NCBI RefSeq assembly: GCF_001447785.1
Contig: NW_015161963.1
Location: 492,885-556,884, forward strand
DNA from: Gekko japonicus
Taxonomy: Eukaryota
DNA: 64,000 nucleotides
Direction of reading: 5' to 3'
Position numbers and translations under genes: made by a program. This document shows positions 63,644-64,000 of the stretch, one piece after another; the first letter of the stretch is position 1; each line of letters starts with the position of its first letter. The notes below the pieces were generated by a model. That model was given only the letters and a program-made list of their open reading frames with translations. It ran no database searches and was not told the origin of the DNA.

Positions 63644-63816
63644 GGCTTCCTCCATCAGGCAGCTGGCAGGACCTGAAGGATCACATGCGTGAGGCTGGTG
63701 ATGTATGTTATGCAGATGTACAGAAAGATGGAATGGGGGTGGTTGAGTTTCTTCGCAAGGAAGACATGGAATACGCACTGCGTAAACTGGATGACACCAA
63801 ATTCCGGTCTCATGAG
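63644..63816 (+). CDS. SRSF9: SRSF9 exon 3, pseudo-RRM ([30 protein letters not shown]...[11 protein letters not shown])
   Basis: 173 nt, SWQDLKD motif, AG acceptor and GTGGG donor. The last exon lies beyond the window. Confidence 0.97.
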
Positions 63817-64000
63817 GTGGGTTCTTGCCTGTGGGTGAAGAGCATGTGCGCGTACCAGTCATGGAAGAACATGCATTAACCAGTCCTGTTGTGATGCTCT
63901 CAAGAGGCCCCAGGGCACAGTCTAGCAGTAGTCTTGGAATTGATGGCTAATGGTAGTCCTTATAGAATGTTAGGGGACCAGCTTAAGGGTTGTCAGGGCT

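Overview
Vertebrate genomic DNA, almost certainly a squamate and probably a gecko (Sauria and Squam3-type SINEs, BovB, CR1, L2, Penelope-like remnants, many hAT MITEs). It is a draft assembly with three N gaps (163-461, 44924-45619, 56658-57291). It holds the block syntenic to human 12q24.31: RNF10 (minus strand, coding exons 1-9, continuing off the left edge), COQ5 (plus, all 7 coding exons, 318 aa), DYNLL1 (minus, complete, 89 aa) and SRSF9 (plus, exons 2-3 seen; exon 1 most likely in the third gap). Main observations: (1) an ATF4-like uORF layout in the RNF10 leader, with a 3-codon uORF followed by an out-of-frame ORF overlapping the main start; (2) an essentially intact minimal, dimer-type hammerhead ribozyme in the loop of a ~49-bp inverted repeat just upstream of DYNLL1, plus a second copy in a COQ5 intron with a compensatory stem change; (3) a DIRS-type retrotransposon with both terminal repeats and its internal complementary region intact but decayed ORFs; (4) candidate poison splice events in SRSF9 intron 2; (5) a GC-AG intron in RNF10; (6) young hAT MITEs with perfect 8-bp TSDs and long internal palindromes. 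Exon boundaries were read by eye from splice motifs and reading frame. Gene and repeat family names come from remembered sequences, not from database searches.
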